Made by a program: the position numbers and the translations under genes
Shown here: piece after piece, positions 59,092-61,151 of the stretch
Numbering within the stretch: the stretch's first letter is position 1
Layout: each line of letters starts with the position of its first letter
The notes under the pieces: model-generated
What the model was told of the DNA's origin: nothing
Seen by the model: only the letters and a program-made list of their open reading frames with translations
Databases searched by the model: none
IMG/VR virus record: IMGVR_UViG_3300025168_000089
Span: 1 to 61,151 of that record
Length of the DNA: 61,151 nucleotides
Reading direction: 5' to 3' (one strand)
Source of the DNA: a virus
Taxonomy: Duplodnaviria; Caudoviricetes

Positions 59092-59148
59092 ATGACGATT
59101 TTAATTATAATAATCGCTTATTTTTTAATAATAAGCTTTACTTTTTAA
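59092..59148 (+). CDS. 18 aa hydrophobic peptide
   Basis: AGAAAGGA SD; MTILIIIIAYFLIISFTF; SD and ATG retained inside the depleted zone. Confidence 0.65.
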   Translation: MTILIIIIAYFLIISFTF

Positions 59149-59192
59149 TAAATAGTCTATAAAAATATAGATAGAAAGGAGAAAAATAGAAA

Positions 59193-59591
59193 ATGGAAAA
59201 TAATAGTAATAAAAATAAAAAATTTCCTTCTTCGTTAAAAGTATTAGCGTCTAAAAAAATTCTTTTTAGATTAGTTAATATTAAAAGAGAAAATACTCGT
59301 TCGTTCGATATTTTCGAAGAAGCGAAATTTTCGACTACTATTAAAGATTTATTTACTTTAACGAATTATCGTAAAGTAGATTATTCTTACGATACTAAAG
59401 AGAATAATCGCTTTTCTACTATACGTTTAATAGTAGAAAATAAAAACGATACTAAAGAAAATAAAGAAGAATTAAAAACTATTATCGAAGAAAATAAAAA
59501 TTTCTTAAACGATAAAGATAATAAAATTCTTAATAGAAAATCTATAGAAGAAAATATTAAATTCTTCGAAGAAAAAATTTCTAGTCTTTAA
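59193..59591 (+). CDS. NxK(R/K) family copy 3, recoded without CA/TG/CC/GG
   Basis: NKKFPSSLKVL...VNIKR; no Gly, His, Gln, Cys, Trp or internal Met. Confidence 0.85.
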   Translation: MENNSNKNKKFPSSLKVLASKKILFRLVNIKRENTRSFDIFEEAKFSTTIKDLFTLTNYRKVDYSYDTKENNRFSTIRLIVENKNDTKENKEELKTIIEENKNFLNDKDNKILNRKSIEENIKFFEEKISSL

Positions 59592-59614
59592 TTACTAAAT
59601 ATATATTTAATAAT

Positions 59615-59648
59615 AAATCTCTCTAATTAATTTTAGAGAGATTTTTTT
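59615..59648 (+). terminator. intrinsic terminator with CT/AG-only stem
   Basis: AAATCTCTCTAA-TTAATT-TTAGAGAGATTT plus T tract. Confidence 0.75.
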
Positions 59649-59809
59649 ATTTTTAAAATTAGTAATCGAATAAGAAAAAATAAATCGTATTAAGTTTAAT
59701 CGAAAAAATTAGTATAAGTTTCTTTTTAGAATTTAGAAAAGTTGGTGGATTAAGCGTAAGCTTTATCACTATTGACTGTTATATGTATAAATAAAATATA
59801 TTATATATT

Positions 59810-60040
59810 GTGATTAAAGTGTGGTTATTATATTTAGTTATCTCTATGCCTAATATGCCTTCTGTAAAAACAAATTCTTTTTTGTATATTTCAGAAGAAA
59901 AATGTATGGAAGTCCTTGTTTCTTTTATGAATGTATATGAATCTAAATCTGAAGAATATAAAAAAAATTTAAAAACAACAGGATATTGTTTACCCTTTGA
60001 ATCATTTCCTATAAAAGGTATACATAACTTTAATTTATGA
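59810..60040 (+). CDS. hypothetical protein
   Basis: 76 aa, hydrophobic N-terminus, two Cys, ATGA overlap with terL. Confidence 0.65.
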   Translation: MIKVWLLYLVISMPNMPSVKTNSFLYISEEKCMEVLVSFMNVYESKSEEYKKNLKTTGYCLPFESFPIKGIHNFNL

Positions 60041-61151
60041 AACAGGAATTAGTACAGAAAGCTAAAAATATTTTATTAGATCCGAAAGTTTCCAAAAATG
60101 TAAAAGAACAAGTTTTCGAAATATTAGAGAAACAAAGAACAAAGGCCACTAATAGTGCCGCAAAATCTGGAATTTTGGATTATTCTAAACATATGTACCC
60201 TGGATACAATACTCCTGCTCATATAAAACTTATTGGACAAAACCTAGAAAGTTTAGAGAAAGGTGAGATTGATAGATTAGCTATCTTTATGCCACCACGA
60301 CATGGTAAATCTATGTTATGCTCAGAATTTTTTCCTGCATGGTACCTAGGCCGTAATCCTAGAAATTTTGTTATTCAAGCAACTTATGCTCAAGAACTCG
60401 CTGATGATTTTGGACGCAAGGTGCGTAACCAATTAAAATCAGAAGATTATATGAGAGTCTTTGAGGGTGTAGGTCTAAGAGATGACTCTAGCTCAGCTAA
60501 GAGATTTCACACAGTTCACGGTGGAACGTATAGCGCAGTCGGTGCGGGTGGTGCTATTACAGGTAGAGGTGCACATTTATTAATTATCGATGATCCTATA
60601 AAAGGGCGTGAAGAAGCAGAATCCGCACTTCAGAGAAGAAACTTAATCGAATGGTATAAAGCAGTCGCTTACACGAGATTACAGCCAGGAGGTAAAGTTA
60701 TCTTAATTCAAACTCGATGGCACGAAGATGATTTAGCTGGATGGATATTAGAGAACTCAGGTGAAAACTGGAAAGTTTTAGACCTACCAGCGATAAACGC
60801 AAATGGTGATGCTTTGTGGCCAGAATCATATCCCTTGCCCAAATTAGAAAAAATTAAAGCTACAGTCGGCGATAGAGTATGGGAGTCATTATACCAGCAA
60901 CGCCCAACGGCAGAGCAAGGCGCTATACTCAAGAGAGATTGGTGGCGTAAATTGGATCACGAACCTCAATACGATTTTATCGTTCAAAGTTATGATACTG
61001 CTTTTAGTACGAGAGAGTCTGCTGACTTTTCAGCAAGAACGACATGGGGAGTATTCTCACGAGTTAATGAAGAAGGTCTCATAGAAGCATGTATACATTT
61101 AATCGAAGCGTGGAAAGACAGAGTAGAGTATCCTGATTTAAGACGTATAGC
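60037..61151 (+). CDS. terL: terminase large subunit (runs off window end)
   Basis: Own translation: MPPRHGKS Walker A, GRGAHLLIIDDP Walker B, QTRWHEDDL, VQSYDTAF nuclease motif. Confidence 0.95.
   Translation, partial: MKQELVQKAKNILLDPKVSKNVKEQVFEILEKQRTKATNSAAKSGILDYSKHMYPGYNTPAHIKLIGQNLESLEKGEIDRLAIFMPPRHGKSMLCSEFFPAWYLGRNPRNFVIQATYAQELADDFGRKVRNQLKSEDYMRVFEGVGLRDDSSSAKRFHTVHGGTYSAVGAGGAITGRGAHLLIIDDPIKGREEAESALQRRNLIEWYKAVAYTRLQPGGKVILIQTRWHEDDLAGWILENSGENWKVLDLPAINANGDALWPESYPLPKLEKIKATVGDRVWESLYQQRPTAEQGAILKRDWWRKLDHEPQYDFIVQSYDTAFSTRESADFSARTTWGVFSRVNEEGLIEACIHLIEAWKDRVEYPDLRRI

Larger units (their letters stand above)
59044..59743. other. CA/TG/CC/GG-depleted zone
   Basis: Manual scan: zero such dinucleotides in 59228-59743; six in 59044-59227, all in SD, start-codon or Pro positions. 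Confidence 0.92.

Noticed and set aside
59044-59743. Depletion as a by-product of AT richness or assembly artefact
   Set aside because: CG, CT, AG, AC and TC are plentiful, the effect is strand-symmetric, and the ORF remains an intact paralog
2476-60932. Minus-strand and alternate-frame ORFs in the track (e.g. 2476, 5563, 5576, 6609, 11152, 12435, 14552, 17565, 30533, 32054, 33060, 48187, 57915, 60708)
   Set aside because: Shadows of well-supported plus-strand genes; no SD or recognisable motifs
1-61151. Alternative genetic code, prophage context, phage RNA polymerase
   Set aside because: Genes tile densely in the standard code with all three stops used; no host genes, integrase or RNA polymerase recognised

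Overview
Near-complete genome (about 61 kb, AT-rich) of a lytic-looking tailed dsDNA phage with podovirus-type gene order. The window opens just after terL and ends inside terL. Order: portal, GroES, scaffold, capsid, tail and a modular tail-fibre array, ejection proteins, lysis, a lone minus-strand SNF2 helicase, replication genes (SSB-like, primase-polymerase, DEDDh exonuclease, UvrD, family A polymerase), many small early genes with a repeated promoter/SD signature, terS, then terL. Gene content resembles marine pelagiphage-like podoviruses (inference, no search run). The standout is a probable undescribed DNA hypermodification system. The replication module carries a MazG-type pyrophosphatase, a T4 beta-glucosyltransferase-like GT-B enzyme, a dNMP kinase, a thymidylate-synthase-fold enzyme with the dCMP-specifying Asp, a dCMP deaminase, a UDP-xylose synthase, a stand-alone SAM methyltransferase and a C5-cytosine-methyltransferase-fold protein with a remodelled SAM pocket. 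Between terS and terL, about 700 bp (59044-59743) lacks CA, TG, CC and GG except in two Shine-Dalgarno sites, two start-codon sites and one Pro codon. This zone holds a recoded paralog of the neighbouring gene with its own promoter-like region and a terminator built from CT/AG. I infer context-specific cytosine modification and a deliberately modification-free transcription unit. Also seen: two structured intergenic RNAs, an origin-like element, GC-rich repeat blocks and translational control hairpins. All assignments are by-eye motif recognition.
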